From the IMG/VR virus record IMGVR_UViG_3300010262_000138, positions 32,001 to 96,000 of that record: a DNA stretch of 64,000 bases; one strand, given 5' to 3'. Of the stretch, positions 42,006-52,954 are shown piece by piece. The notes beneath the pieces were generated by a model. It saw nothing but the letters and a program-made list of their open reading frames with translations, made no database searches and had not been told where the DNA came from. The DNA comes from a virus. Its lineage: Duplodnaviria; Caudoviricetes. A program made the position numbers and the translations under genes. The stretch's first letter is position 1; each line of letters opens with the position of its first letter.

Positions 42006-43024
42006 ACACAAATGAAAAAGGAGTGAATTTTATGGACACCAATAAAAGTAAAATGCAAATTGCCGTAGAAGATTTTCTGGAACAAAGGATGTATTCGTTC
42101 CAGAAGCAGCCGGACGGTACATATATTGAGGAAATCTGTGCGGACTACCGAGATGAGATGTCAGTGAAGAGCGCCGGAGAAATCCTGAGAGACGCAGATA
42201 CTGAAGCCGCCTTTTATGATTACATTGACGAATGCTATCTTTATACGATTTCTGACATGGAAGGAGAGCTGGAATCTGATGCGAGAAAGGCACTGACCGA
42301 TGACGACGGACCGTTCCCGGAAGGGTTCACAGATGAAGAAGATGAGGAGTTTATTGATCTTCTGCGTGAGTATGTAGTGTTTCAGCCTCCGTATGATCAT
42401 TATCTGAAGCAGGAATTCTGCGTTAATATCATGATTGATACGGGAGACGGAAACTATGATTTTACCCTGAACGCTCACTATCCCTGCTATTATGGCGGAG
42501 ATGCGGGAGATCAGATTGATGAAAAGGCCGGGATTGTATGGCTCGCAAAGACGCAGGGATATACGGAGGAGCAACTCCGTAAAGCTCTTGATGAAGGCGA
42601 TATGGCAAATCCAAAAGGCTTTTTGCAGAGTATGCGGGTAGAGATGGCAAATATGGCGTCTCATATGCAGGTGGTGACTTTCCTTGTCAAAATGGATTTT
42701 GAAACGCTGATGCGCCTGAACCGGCTGATTAAGCTTCAGGACCGCAACGGTCGCAATTATGACGCCAGTAAGAATCCAGAATGTGGAGATATTATTCTGG
42801 GAAAAGAAACGATGTGCGGTTTATACGATTATTGTAACGGCGGCGGCAGCGTTCTTGAAGTGGAACTTGAAAAGGACGTGAGGGTTCCGATCAAGTATAT
42901 TTATTCCGCGTTGCCGGACGGCGCCGGCCCCGGATACAGCATTGAGAATGTTTACGGCATGTGCGAAAGTGCATGGAGGGATACGGTAAAGGAAATTTGT
43001 GAACTGAAAGAGGAGGCGGCATAG
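41969..43024 (+). CDS. Acidic hypothetical protein (start probably MDTNK near 42032)
   Basis: AAGGAG SD; GGGSVLEVELEKD motif. Confidence 0.6.
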   Translation: MFLPIFGSVWPVNTNEKGVNFMDTNKSKMQIAVEDFLEQRMYSFQKQPDGTYIEEICADYRDEMSVKSAGEILRDADTEAAFYDYIDECYLYTISDMEGELESDARKALTDDDGPFPEGFTDEEDEEFIDLLREYVVFQPPYDHYLKQEFCVNIMIDTGDGNYDFTLNAHYPCYYGGDAGDQIDEKAGIVWLAKTQGYTEEQLRKALDEGDMANPKGFLQSMRVEMANMASHMQVVTFLVKMDFETLMRLNRLIKLQDRNGRNYDASKNPECGDIILGKETMCGLYDYCNGGGSVLEVELEKDVRVPIKYIYSALPDGAGPGYSIENVYGMCESAWRDTVKEICELKEEAA

Positions 43025-44407
43025 ATGCCGTATCAAACGGTAACGAGCCCTTGTTATTCCTGCAGGGAAGAGAGCTGCAAAGACTGCATCCACAGGGTTT
43101 ATGCTTCAGGCAGGACTTTCAGCGATGCGGAGGTCGAAAATTTGTGGCGTGAAAATTTCGATATTGCATGGGATGAAGACGAAGATGGAGATCTGGTCTT
43201 GGGTCAGCTCTGGCGGGGTTTTCCCGTTGGGGGATTTACAAATGACGACTGGTTTTATTGGATTGATGACCGGCATTCCAAAGGGGTTGGCTGGGTATAT
43301 GAAAATATCAGTCCTTATGATTTTGAAATTGGAGGATAACAATGGTTAAAACAAATGACAGAGCCGAATTTATCGGACAGATTATTGATATTTTTGAGGA
43401 TTTTCTGGCGGAAAAGGGGATTGAAATCCCCAACGACGACAGGGAAGACGAGAACGATGCCATTATTTACGGATTGGATTACGGAGAACTGCAGACAAAT
43501 CTGGAATCCATGATGACTGCGTGGGGCGTATTGGAGGAGATGTGAGATGGAAAGCTCTAAGGATTATAGATTCTTCAAACGTAAGGCATATTTGATCCGG
43601 GAAGAGGATTTTACCGAAGTAATGCAGGAGCTTCTGGATGATTCCACTCTTGAAATTGAGCGCGGTTATCCCGTTTTGTCGATGTATAGCAGCGGTTCAG
43701 ATACCGGTTATGATGAGGAAGAAATCATAGACCGGATCGGTTGGTATCTCAAGGAAAAGATTATAAACTGCTGCTATTTGAAGGATTTAGGACAGATTTA
43801 CTTTGTCTGTGAAGGAGCGTAACGACATGAGCAAGCAGAAAGTCTTTACAGTTCGGGCAGAGATCGCAGCAAATCTGACCATTGAAAATATCGATGATAT
43901 CATGGCTTCTGCTCTCGAAGGGGGAATTAACTATTGGTGCTCTGAAGCAGAGGTAGTCGAAGAAAAGCGATGCGCCGATTGGGGTCATGAGCAAATCGCC
44001 AGAGGAGGCGCCCTTATTCTCCATGATGCGGAAAGCGATGATAAATGGGAACTGAATCTGGAGAAATTCCTGAACGGTTTCAAGCTCTGGCTGGAAAACG
44101 GAGGCGATCAGTACAGTGCGGTGGAGAATGGAGAGGTGGACTGCTGCAAAATCGACGGCGGATGTGCAGATGAGATCGTCCAGTACGCAATTTTTGGAGA
44201 GGTGGTGTACGGATAATGGGCTCAGAAACTATCACAGGTATTCTTCTGGATGAAGCCTGCCGCCAGTGGTGCGACGGGATTGAAGATGCGCCAGAACGGC
44301 TTTCAGGGAAAGGATTTTCTGATTTCTTCCGGCAGATTGTTGCGGATAAGCGGGAGGAATACGATAAAGAAATTGCATCCCAGCTTAAAAATCAGAGTAA
44401 GTCATGA
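43025..44407 (+). other. Five small acidic hypothetical CDSs (43025-43339, 43342-43545, 43547-43822, 43803-44216, 44216-44407)
   Basis: Each with GGAG-type SD, tightly packed. Confidence 0.55.
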
Positions 44408-44480
44408 TTTGGTGTTGGCCCGCTGAATCAGATGAAATCCATCCACATCAAAATGTGCGGGTATTTTTGCGCCATTTTTC
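44405..44480 (+). promoter_or_regulatory. Putative sRNA target
   Basis: 10-bp stem with TTGGCC loop, CCATCCACATCA (44439-44450), TGCGCCATTTTT, before gene 44504. Confidence 0.65.
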
Positions 44481-44503
44481 AAAAAGAAACGGGGAGGAGT
44501 TAA

Positions 44504-45578
44504 ATGCTTAATACACACGGGTACAAAATGCTGGGACTCAAAAGAGCTGCGGAAGAAACGAAATCGCTTCAGGGATATTATTTTGGCCAGTATATTCAGA
44601 TTAGCTATAATTACAGTACTGGGGAGGTGTTTACAGATTACCACGTCAGCTTAGGACTTAATTCATGGACACAGTATTTTGATCCTGCCGTCATTATGGT
44701 TTGCTTTACCAGCAAGCCGATGACGATGCAGGAAATTGCGGATAATATTGCAGATAAGGTTGGCATGTATTGTACTGATCGTCAAGATCAAACATCAAAA
44801 GAAGAAACTTATATAGACCTGTTAGATAGGTTAAGGGAATCGTTGGAGACTGACCGGATCCCCTCTGCAGACAGAGAAAAGATTGATTCTTTGCTTGATA
44901 ATTTATGTATTATTTTGGAAAAATACAGCGGATGAATGTCGAAAAAAGGAGATAATAGATGACAAACCAGGAAATTATTGATGTTCTTTATCGTGATGGA
45001 TATCATGCCGCCGCCCGACTTTTAGAGCAGTATGTCTCAGATAAGGTTTACGTGATTCTTCACCGCTGGGAAGATGAAGACGCCGGTGGATATGAGCTGT
45101 CCTACGCTTACCAGAACAAAGAAGACGCCATTAGAAAAATGCACGAACTGGCGGAAACGGAAAGGCGACAGGTAAAAGCGGAATACGATATGGAATTTAA
45201 TCCCGACTTTTGCGATGAATGCGACGAACTGGTTACATTTGGCTGGTACGGGCCTCCGTTTTGCTGTGACTGTACATGGTCGTGGAGCGTTGAAGAGTTG
45301 GAGGTAAATGGATGATGGAATCGATTGTTGCAACTCCGATGGGAGATCTTGTTATCAAATCATCGCTTGACACAGAACACCCCGGCGTCTATATCGATCT
45401 GCGCCGGAGAGATTTAGACGATGATGCGCCTCTTGCGCTGATCGAATACTGCGGTGACGAAGGGGACTGTCCGGGTCCGCAGATTATCACAAGGGTGTGG
45501 GGAAATGTCAGTTTTGAGGATTACACAGACCGGATTGTGCATTGTGGCTTTGATGAGTTCTTTCAAAATGAGGTTTGA
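44504..45578 (+). other. Three hypothetical CDSs (44504-44935, 44959-45315, 45312-45578)
   Basis: SD-preceded ORFs. Confidence 0.55.
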
Positions 45579-45817
45579 TTTTATGTCAAAACTGTATTTG
45601 AGCATGATAAAGTCCAATTGTTAGGTAAAACGGAGGCTGATGTAGTATGAAATTGGAAGAGAAACAGGAGATTGCGGCAACTGCGCGAAAATTAATTTAT
45701 CTGTTGATGTCTTGTGACGACGACGACTTTGTTGATCTTGTCATGTGCTGTGTTCAGGATGCCGATACGACGTTAATAAAGCCGGAACATCTATAGAGCT
45801 TTTAGGAGGGGATATTC

Positions 45818-46666
45818 ATGCAAAGCACCGCTTTGGCTTTGCCGATAACGGAAAGTCCGCCGGAAATCCGGAGAAAAAAGCTCGTATATCCTTGGGAAGA
45901 CGCCTTTGAAGCCGCTGAAGCGATGAAGGAAATCCAAAAAGGAGTAATGGCCTTCCGAAGCCTTTCGGATATTGATAAGGTGGTCTCCTATCTGCTGTCC
46001 ACAGGCAATATGCGCAACGTCTGCCTCTTTGTAATGGGCTGCAACTTCGGATTCCGTATCTCAGATCTGATGGAATTTACATGGCAGCGCGTATTGAACC
46101 ACGATGGAAGCGTAAAGAAATCCACCTATAAAATTGAGAGAAAGAATCAGCACTCCCGTACCGTACATATCAATGATGCGGCAGGAACGGCGATTGGTCT
46201 TTACTATCAGAGCTTTTCAGAGCCTCCTGATCCGGAATGCGCCATGTTTTCCAGTCAGGGGAAGCGGAAGCGAAATTGCGTCCGCTCCGCAGAGGATGAC
46301 GATGGAGTAATTCATATGTGGACTGAGACGCAGCTAACGAAACAGATGGCTGCCAAGATCATCCGGGAGGCCGCAGACGCGGCGGGAGTTGTGCAGGAAG
46401 GGGACCGCTATTCTACTCACAGCCTGCGTAAAACCTGCTTTACAGCGGCGGCGGGTTTGTATGAGGGGATCGAATTTCCCCATGATCCAACGAGCAACGC
46501 CCTGCGCTTTGCATTTGTCCAGAGCCTTGCGGGGCACAAAAATATGTCCACAACCATGAGATATTTGAACTTTGATGCGATTTTTACCGAAGAAACCTAT
46601 ATGGCGCTCAATCTGGGATTAACGCCGCTCCGAAAGTACGAGAAGCGCAATTCAAATATGGCATAA
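45818..46666 (+). CDS. Tyrosine recombinase/integrase family protein
   Basis: GFRISDL (R), K, HSLRKT (HxxR), AGH, TMRYL (Y): catalytic set intact. Confidence 0.88.
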   Translation: MQSTALALPITESPPEIRRKKLVYPWEDAFEAAEAMKEIQKGVMAFRSLSDIDKVVSYLLSTGNMRNVCLFVMGCNFGFRISDLMEFTWQRVLNHDGSVKKSTYKIERKNQHSRTVHINDAAGTAIGLYYQSFSEPPDPECAMFSSQGKRKRNCVRSAEDDDGVIHMWTETQLTKQMAAKIIREAADAAGVVQEGDRYSTHSLRKTCFTAAAGLYEGIEFPHDPTSNALRFAFVQSLAGHKNMSTTMRYLNFDAIFTEETYMALNLGLTPLRKYEKRNSNMA

Positions 46667-46742
46667 CAGGAAGGAGGGCCGGAACTTTCAGAATCCTCTG
46701 ATAAAGCCGGCTGTATCAACTAATACCGGCTGAGGAGGTTCA

Positions 46743-47084
46743 GTGAAAAAAGGAGATATTTACTACGCGGATCTCAGCCCCGTTGTCGGATCGGAGCAGG
46801 GCGGAAACCGCCCGGTTCTGATCGTTCAAAACGACGTGGGCAACCGCTACAGCCCTACGGTGATCGTAGCGGCCATTACAAGTCAAATGGGAAAGGCGAG
46901 TCTGCCTACCCATATCGGAATTTCCATGCAGGAATCCGGTTTGCCTAAAAGCTCTGTCGCTCTTCTTGAACAGATCCGCACCATCGATAAGAGCAGATTG
47001 AAGCAGTATGTGGGCAGGATCAGCAAGAGTGAAATGGCAATGGTGGACAAAGCGATTCAGGTCAGCTTTGGAATTCGAATTTAG
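46743..47084 (+). CDS. mazF: MazF/PemK family endoribonuclease toxin
   Basis: GDIYYADLSPVVGSEQGG.RPVLIVQND.GN..SPTVIVAAIT...LLEQIRTIDKSRL. Confidence 0.93.
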   Translation: MKKGDIYYADLSPVVGSEQGGNRPVLIVQNDVGNRYSPTVIVAAITSQMGKASLPTHIGISMQESGLPKSSVALLEQIRTIDKSRLKQYVGRISKSEMAMVDKAIQVSFGIRI

Positions 47085-47098
47085 AAGGGAGTTTATCT

Positions 47099-47305
47099 AT
47101 GGCATTATTGGTAGCACTGGGAGTGATCGGGATCTTTGCGATGGCGCTCTACATCGGAGCGGCGGGGCTATTTGGCCAGATTGGAGGGCTTCTCATCGTA
47201 ATACTGGTCATCGTGGAAGCCTGTAAAGAAACGCCGGAGCAGAAGATGGTCCGGGAAGCAATTGAGCGGAGCAACGAGAAGCTTTATGGGAGGAAGCACC
47301 TGTAA
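47099..47305 (+). CDS. Small membrane protein
   Basis: Two hydrophobic helices. Confidence 0.55.
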   Translation: MALLVALGVIGIFAMALYIGAAGLFGQIGGLLIVILVIVEACKETPEQKMVREAIERSNEKLYGRKHL

Positions 47306-47614
47306 ATGACAAGCAAAGACGTGCTGGGTTTTATTTCGAGATTTACAAGGTGCGGAGAGTATCCGCAGGTAATTGAAGCTTTTACCTGCGGGTGCTGCTA
47401 CTGGTTTGCAAAGATTCTGCATCTGCGGTTCCCGGTATCCGAGATTGTATATGAGCCGGTGGCGAACCACTTTGCGGCAAAAATTAACGGCCGCGTTTAC
47501 GATATCACCGGAGACGTCACAGATCAGGGGCAGTGGGAGCTGTGGAGCGAGTACGAATTGGGATCCAGCTTTCGTGAAGGGATTGTAAAAGAGTGTATTA
47601 TGTTTTGCAGATAG
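47306..47614 (+). CDS. Hypothetical protein (F..G.CYWFA..L...HF...YDITG)
   Basis: Cys-His-Asp arrangement reminiscent of papain-like fold. Confidence 0.55.
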   Translation: MTSKDVLGFISRFTRCGEYPQVIEAFTCGCCYWFAKILHLRFPVSEIVYEPVANHFAAKINGRVYDITGDVTDQGQWELWSEYELGSSFREGIVKECIMFCR

Positions 47615-47994
47615 GGGGGATTAGAATAGATCAGGTCAATCTGTATAATGCAAACCGGCGTCCGGGAATGGCAAAGCAGTTTATTATCTCTGAGGTAAAC
47701 CGTCCGTACTACGAGATGTTCCTGAAAAGGTTTCCGGAGGCGAGCAGGCGTACCTATAAGGTGAATGTGGGACAGTTTCTGGAGGCGTTGGGCCCTTCGG
47801 ACTTTGCTAAAATCCCGCCGTCTAAAATCAAAATGTACGTTCGGGGAAAGATCCCCGGCCAGAGGCGCTGTGCGGAATCGCATCTTAGGTCAATGATGAT
47901 GTTCATCGTGCAGAACGACATCGGCGGCGCCGCAAATAAAGTGAAGAAAGAAACGCTGATCTGGCTGCTGGAAAAGCGGACGGGCGGGGAATAG
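47593..47994 (+). CDS. Hypothetical protein, integrase SAM-like N-terminal domain
   Basis: SRRTYK..V.QFLE pattern; likely start ATA 47626. Confidence 0.45.
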   Translation: MYYVLQIGGIRIDQVNLYNANRRPGMAKQFIISEVNRPYYEMFLKRFPEASRRTYKVNVGQFLEALGPSDFAKIPPSKIKMYVRGKIPGQRRCAESHLRSMMMFIVQNDIGGAANKVKKETLIWLLEKRTGGE

Positions 47995-48007
47995 GAGAGA
48001 AAAGAGT

Positions 48008-48268
48008 ATGACAAATGCCAGGAGAAAGATGCTATCAGACTGCATTGGCCGGTTGGAGGATACGAAAGAACGAATTGAATCCATCCTTGAGGCGGAGACC
48101 GATGTGCTGGAAAATACTCCTGAGAATCTTCGGGGGACAGATCGCTATGAAATTGGTGAGAATTCCTGCGCCAGTATGGAAGAGGCAATCGGCTCAATCG
48201 ATGAGGCAATAGAGTCCCTGCAAAATATTGACGGGTTGGATAATATTTCTTATGCACTCAAAGAGTAA
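48008..48268 (+). CDS. Hypothetical helical protein
   Basis: RRK.L...E.....NTPENL..T.RYE motif; AGGAG SD. Confidence 0.6.
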   Translation: MTNARRKMLSDCIGRLEDTKERIESILEAETDVLENTPENLRGTDRYEIGENSCASMEEAIGSIDEAIESLQNIDGLDNISYALKE

Positions 48269-48378
48269 CATGTTACTTAAAACACAACAAATGCTAAAAA
48301 CGGGGAGAGATTTTTGGCACATTATAATATTGTTTTTTGAGAGCAAATAGCGTATAATCCAAAAAGAACAAATGTTCT

Positions 48379-48672
48379 ATGGAGGGTGCGATGAGAACAG
48401 AATATGGAAATTTTCAGCTAACCAACCAAAATGTTATCTTTGATGGGGGAGATGATGAAGGATGTAGTGTCTATCTGTTGAAGTGCCGAGAGCTGGAGAA
48501 GGCAGCCAGGGACAGGGCACTCTCTGATTATGTATCCGTCTATTTAACCTGTATCGCAGAAGAATTTGAGATTGACTATTGTATGGAAGGAGATGAAATT
48601 TTACATACGATGGGGTATCCTGAGTTGGGGCGCCAGGAAATTCTTTTTCTACAACAGTGCAAAGATTTTTAG
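48379..48672 (+). CDS. Hypothetical protein
   Basis: GGAGG SD; upstream TATAAT. Confidence 0.5.
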   Translation: MEGAMRTEYGNFQLTNQNVIFDGGDDEGCSVYLLKCRELEKAARDRALSDYVSVYLTCIAEEFEIDYCMEGDEILHTMGYPELGRQEILFLQQCKDF

Positions 48673-48746
48673 AAAATATAAAAATCAAAAAATATGTATT
48701 GACTTTTTTATGAGGGCATGCTATAATTAGCCCAAATAATGATAGG

Positions 48747-49961
48747 GTGATTAGAATGGATAGGGAATCAGTCAAACAGATTTTGCGGACTTGCATGATT
48801 ACCGCCCCTAATTTCTATTGTAATAGCATTGACCTTTACACAAAAGTAAGGTACAATTTTCAGACGCCGTCGGTGAGCGCTTTTCAGTTTGCTGATTGGA
48901 TTGAAAATTTGAGCGACCGGGATCTTGCAGCGCTTTTGTTCTTTTTCTCCGGGAATCAGATTACCCGTCCGGTTTGCCATGCGCGGCTGAGGTTGATGGA
49001 AGATGAGCCGGTAATCAAAGAATGCTATCAGTGTTTCTTTGAGAAAAGCGGCGCTCTGCTTGAGTATTTTCTCAAAGGAATCAGCAGAATCAAATATAAC
49101 GTATATAACAAGAATTTTCGGGCTCTGTATGGGGATTGCGAAAAGCGATTCTCGCGGACACTGCTCGATATCAATGAGGATGAACTGCGGGAACTGCTGC
49201 ACAACTACTGGTATTATGATACCATCTCCGATCTTATTTTCATTTCGAAAGAGATGGTGGATGTCTACAGTCAATGGGGAATCGTGAACCCTCTGACTGA
49301 CATCTCCAAGGTAAAGTACAATCAGATTTCGATCCGGGATACGGTTGCCAGAAAGATCATTCGCGGCCCGGAGGCCCTGTACCAGCTCCTCCAGCTCGAT
49401 CAGAAAGATGAGCGGGTACAGATCATAGTAGGGAAACAGCGCCTTGCCCTTGCATGGATTGGATATTCTGTTAAAGAAATGCTTGAAGTTGAAGACGATG
49501 AGGTTGATCTGAAAAAACGGACGGTACGCGGTATCAAAATCCCAAATGCGGTCAATCAGATCCTGCTTGACTGCAAACAGATTCCCTATGTGGTCCGTCC
49601 CGGCGGCGTATGCGATTTCATCTACCATCAGGAAGCGGCGGGGACAAAGTTTGTCCGCCTGATGACAAAAGATCCGGCGGGTCCGAAAACAAAGCTTTCA
49701 GCGATGTATGTCAATACGGCCGGCAAGTATCTCAGAAAGGCAATCGCGGAGATTAAGGAAATCGATGAGGATATCCTGATCCCGGAGAACGTAAAGCGGT
49801 CCGGAATCCTGTATCGGATGAGCGAACGGGAAAAGGAACGAGGCGGTTTATCCAGTGACGATATCTATGAACTGGCTGGGGTCAGCCGCTCGATTAGTGC
49901 TGGAAACCAAAAGCTTGACCATTGGCGTATGCTCTATCAGGATTACAAGGCGATACAGTGA
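48747..49961 (+). CDS. Degenerate tyrosine-recombinase-fold protein, MrpR/YopR-like repressor candidate
   Basis: LAWIG, VKRSGILYRM, terminal YQDYK; lacks the R/HxxR catalytic set; own TTGACT/TATAAT promoter and downstream terminator. Confidence 0.55.
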   Translation: MIRMDRESVKQILRTCMITAPNFYCNSIDLYTKVRYNFQTPSVSAFQFADWIENLSDRDLAALLFFFSGNQITRPVCHARLRLMEDEPVIKECYQCFFEKSGALLEYFLKGISRIKYNVYNKNFRALYGDCEKRFSRTLLDINEDELRELLHNYWYYDTISDLIFISKEMVDVYSQWGIVNPLTDISKVKYNQISIRDTVARKIIRGPEALYQLLQLDQKDERVQIIVGKQRLALAWIGYSVKEMLEVEDDEVDLKKRTVRGIKIPNAVNQILLDCKQIPYVVRPGGVCDFIYHQEAAGTKFVRLMTKDPAGPKTKLSAMYVNTAGKYLRKAIAEIKEIDEDILIPENVKRSGILYRMSEREKERGGLSSDDIYELAGVSRSISAGNQKLDHWRMLYQDYKAIQ

Positions 49962-50032
49962 GCGGTTTTAATAGAAGCAGGAAAGCCTGCTTTTATTAAC
50001 CGCTCAGTACACATATTTAGATAAAAGAAAAT

Positions 50033-50115
50033 AAAAAGAAACCGCATGGATGTTGGCCCATCCATGCGGCAAAACAGTAAGAACACCATCCACATCACTG
50101 TCCGGGCCTTACTGC
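50033..50115 (-). ncRNA. Putative trans-acting sRNA (skipping-rope-like architecture)
   Basis: TTGCTT(50148-50143)-17-TGnTAAAAT(50125-50120) promoter; stem GCAGUAAG/CUUACUGU with ~26-nt loop; terminator hairpin with GGCCAA loop and U tract. Confidence 0.72.
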
Positions 50116-50226
50116 GTCCATTTTACCATAGTGAGATTTTGAAAGCAAGATGTTGAGTGAATAAAATGATTTGCGCATACAGCGGAAATTTAATTGACGA
50201 TTTAGACTTTGAGGAGAATGCTTACA

Positions 50227-50496
50227 ATGAGCGATTTAATCAGCCGGAAGGCAGTGATTGACTGGTTTAGATGTTATGGACACATGGACGAGCCAATCCC
50301 GTTTGAAACTCTTGTATCTGATTTAAGGGACGCGATTCCTTCCGTCGATGCCGCGCCTGTGGTGCATGGGCGGTGGATAAATAATAGTGCGTTAAATAAG
50401 TGCAGCAAATGCAGAACGTATTGGGATACCAAGACTAATTTTTGCCCCAACTGCGGCGCTCGAATGGACGGGAAGGACGGTGCTGACAATGAGTGA
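50227..50496 (+). CDS. Hypothetical protein (SDLISR...DAAPVVHGRW...FCPNCGARMD)
   Basis: Common Firmicute phage module; GAGGAG SD. Confidence 0.65.
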   Translation: MSDLISRKAVIDWFRCYGHMDEPIPFETLVSDLRDAIPSVDAAPVVHGRWINNSALNKCSKCRTYWDTKTNFCPNCGARMDGKDGADNE

Positions 50497-50628
50497 ATGG
50501 ATTGAATCCGTTATGAATATATCATTTACTGCATTTGCAGTGTATGGAACTTTCGTACTTTACAAATGGCGTCAAGTTGCTAAAAAAGTGGAAGATGCGG
50601 TTGAAGAGTTGCGAAATGAGGATGCGGA

Positions 50629-51681
50629 ATGAAAGCCTATTGCGTTTACGATAGCGCAAGCGATGACAATTGCTCCACTATCGTGTTTGCAGAGAACCCC
50701 ACACAAGCAAAGTTAATTGCTCAAAGAACAGACACCTGCGAGGATGCCAGATACATAGACATCCGGGCGAAGAGAATGCCGGAAGCGGATGGATTGTATA
50801 AAGGCAATTCGGAGGTTGACTGGTACGATGATGAAACGAGAATTACTCTTGTGCGTGATTTCAAGTGGGCTTGCTGGGAACCTAGTTTTGAGTGTGACAA
50901 CTGCCCTGCAAAGCAATATTGCCATTGGCATGAGGGGGATGCGGAATGACTGACAGAAATCTTCTTGCTATAAGCATAAAGCATACAGAATATAAGTGGG
51001 CGTTTGGAAAACCTTGTGTTTTGTGGGGACACAGGACAAAGGACGAAGAAAAGCGTTCTTTTGGAGGGTACACAAATTTCCCCCAAAAAGCTGAATTGTA
51101 TTCGTTGGAAGAATGGCAAAGCAAATATAATTCGTGCGAGTGGATGAAAACTGACGAGCCTGTAACGATGGAATTAAAATTCTGCAAAAAGTGGAAGAAC
51201 TACGACACCGTACTTGTTCGGTATGAGGACTATATCAGATACTGCAAGGCGGCAAGCCTATCTCTTGACGGGGGTGGATACGATGACTGACAGAGAAGCT
51301 GTTGCAATACTCGAAAGGCTTTTTAACAAAAGTTGTGGGGACTATCGGTATCAAAACAAACAAAAACTTGATACAGAAGATGCTATGTATCACGCAATTA
51401 CCATGCTCCAAGAGCGCATTGACCGGGAGAAGGGGTGCCGTTGCTGTTTTGACGCAAGTGTAGACCCAGAACTGGAAGGATGCGATCTGTCGTATCACGA
51501 TGTTGGCGATGCTCAACGTTATAAGAGAATTATGGTTCGTTCGGGCGGTGGAAAGCCGATGATCCTTATGTTTGAAGAGTGGAGCGGACAGCAGTGGAAT
51601 ACCGTAGGCATCTACGAACCAAAGTTCTGCCCAGAGTGCGGACGACCGCTGAAAGGAGCACAGGATGAAGCGAAGATTTGA
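50629..51681 (+). other. Three hypothetical CDSs (50629-50949, 50946-51290, ~51283-51681)
   Basis: Coupled ORFs. Confidence 0.55.
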
Positions 51682-51822
51682 TGAACGCTCCATAATTGAC
51701 AGTTGGAACGAAAAAGAGCAGAAACGTGAAAAAGCAAAAGAAGATAGGTATATTAAACAGCTTGAAAAATATAAAGCCGAAATAGAAAGACCGCTGAAAA
51801 CGGCTATTCCGGGGGAGGAAGT

Positions 51823-52116
51823 ATGATTTGTGGAAGATGTGGTAAAGAGTTTAGACAAGACCCACTCGCTCGTGCATCTTGGTATTGCGACGATTGTATG
51901 AGCGAATTGTTTAAGCCAAAGAAAAAGATTATCACCAACGCCGACCGTATCCGGGCCATGAGCGACGAAGATCTAGCACGATTTCTCATTTGGAATGTTC
52001 CGAGTTGCGTTAATTTTTGCGACGATGCCCGTTGCGGATGCAAGTGGAATTGCAAGCATTGTGACGGCCTAACTGTTATTGCCGACTGGCTCCGTCAGAC
52101 AGCGAAGGAGGTTTGA
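51823..52116 (+). CDS. Hypothetical protein, paralog of 39504-39806
   Basis: Near-identical N-terminus MICGRCGKEFRQ.PLARASWYCDDC. Confidence 0.65.
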   Translation: MICGRCGKEFRQDPLARASWYCDDCMSELFKPKKKIITNADRIRAMSDEDLARFLIWNVPSCVNFCDDARCGCKWNCKHCDGLTVIADWLRQTAKEV

Positions 52117-52352
52117 CCATGATACCTTATAAGTGCCCTATCTGTGGAGGAAAAGGAATTGTCCCCGGAGGATTTTATATATCAGTTGGTTATACATGGT
52201 CAAGCAACTGTACTACAGAGAAATGCAGACAATGCAACGGACAAGGCATTATTTGGTCGAATACTGCCGATATGGATAAGATCTCAGGATTAAATGTTGG
52301 ATCAAATACATTGATCGCAGGAACCTATAATAATTCACATGAGGAGGTTTGA
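52113..52352 (+). CDS. DnaJ-type Zn-finger small protein
   Basis: CPICGGKG...CRQCNGQG. Confidence 0.6.
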   Translation: MTMIPYKCPICGGKGIVPGGFYISVGYTWSSNCTTEKCRQCNGQGIIWSNTADMDKISGLNVGSNTLIAGTYNNSHEEV

Positions 52353-52948
52353 CCATGTACGAAGGTCTGATAGACAGCCTGCGCACTCATGTAGAGTGGG
52401 CACGTGCGAACGAATGGGAATCTCCGATTACGCTCGGGGATGATCTGGAAGAGGCAATCAATGCTATTGAAGCACTTACAAAAGACTTTGAATTTGTAGA
52501 CGATATCAATCTGGGCAATGGTGTAACAATAGAAGAGCTTCAGGCAGAGGTTGATGCTCTACGCAAAATGCAGCCCGTCAATCTGGAGGAAGATGAAGCC
52601 AGATCGTTTGTGTTAGCCGCAGAACTATCAGAGGCAAGAACTAGGTTGGCAAAATCGGAGACCGAAAGAGATAGATTTGAGCAAATGTATCTGCAGTCTG
52701 AGGCCGATGCAATCAATCTAACCGGAGAGTTGACCGAGGTTAGCGCCGAAAACGCCCGGCTCCGGCGGGAGAGAGATGCGGCGGTGCGCGATTTGAAAGA
52801 ATGCGATATGAGAGAGCCGGGCGGCAGGTTTTGCAAGGATAAAGAAGAGTGTTATCAATATGTTCGTGAGCATGGTGGATTTTACCCTGAATGCGACGGA
52901 TGCCCATTGTGGCAATGGCGCGGACCGGCGGGAGATAGCAAATACTGA
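52349..52948 (+). CDS. Coiled-coil hypothetical protein
   Basis: ERDAAV.DL...WQWRG motif. Confidence 0.6.
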   Translation: MTMYEGLIDSLRTHVEWARANEWESPITLGDDLEEAINAIEALTKDFEFVDDINLGNGVTIEELQAEVDALRKMQPVNLEEDEARSFVLAAELSEARTRLAKSETERDRFEQMYLQSEADAINLTGELTEVSAENARLRRERDAAVRDLKECDMREPGGRFCKDKEECYQYVREHGGFYPECDGCPLWQWRGPAGDSKY

Positions 52949-52954
52949 GCACGT

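Noticed and set aside
48768-49628. 286-aa minus-strand ORF
   Set aside because: Shadow of the repressor-like gene; no motifs
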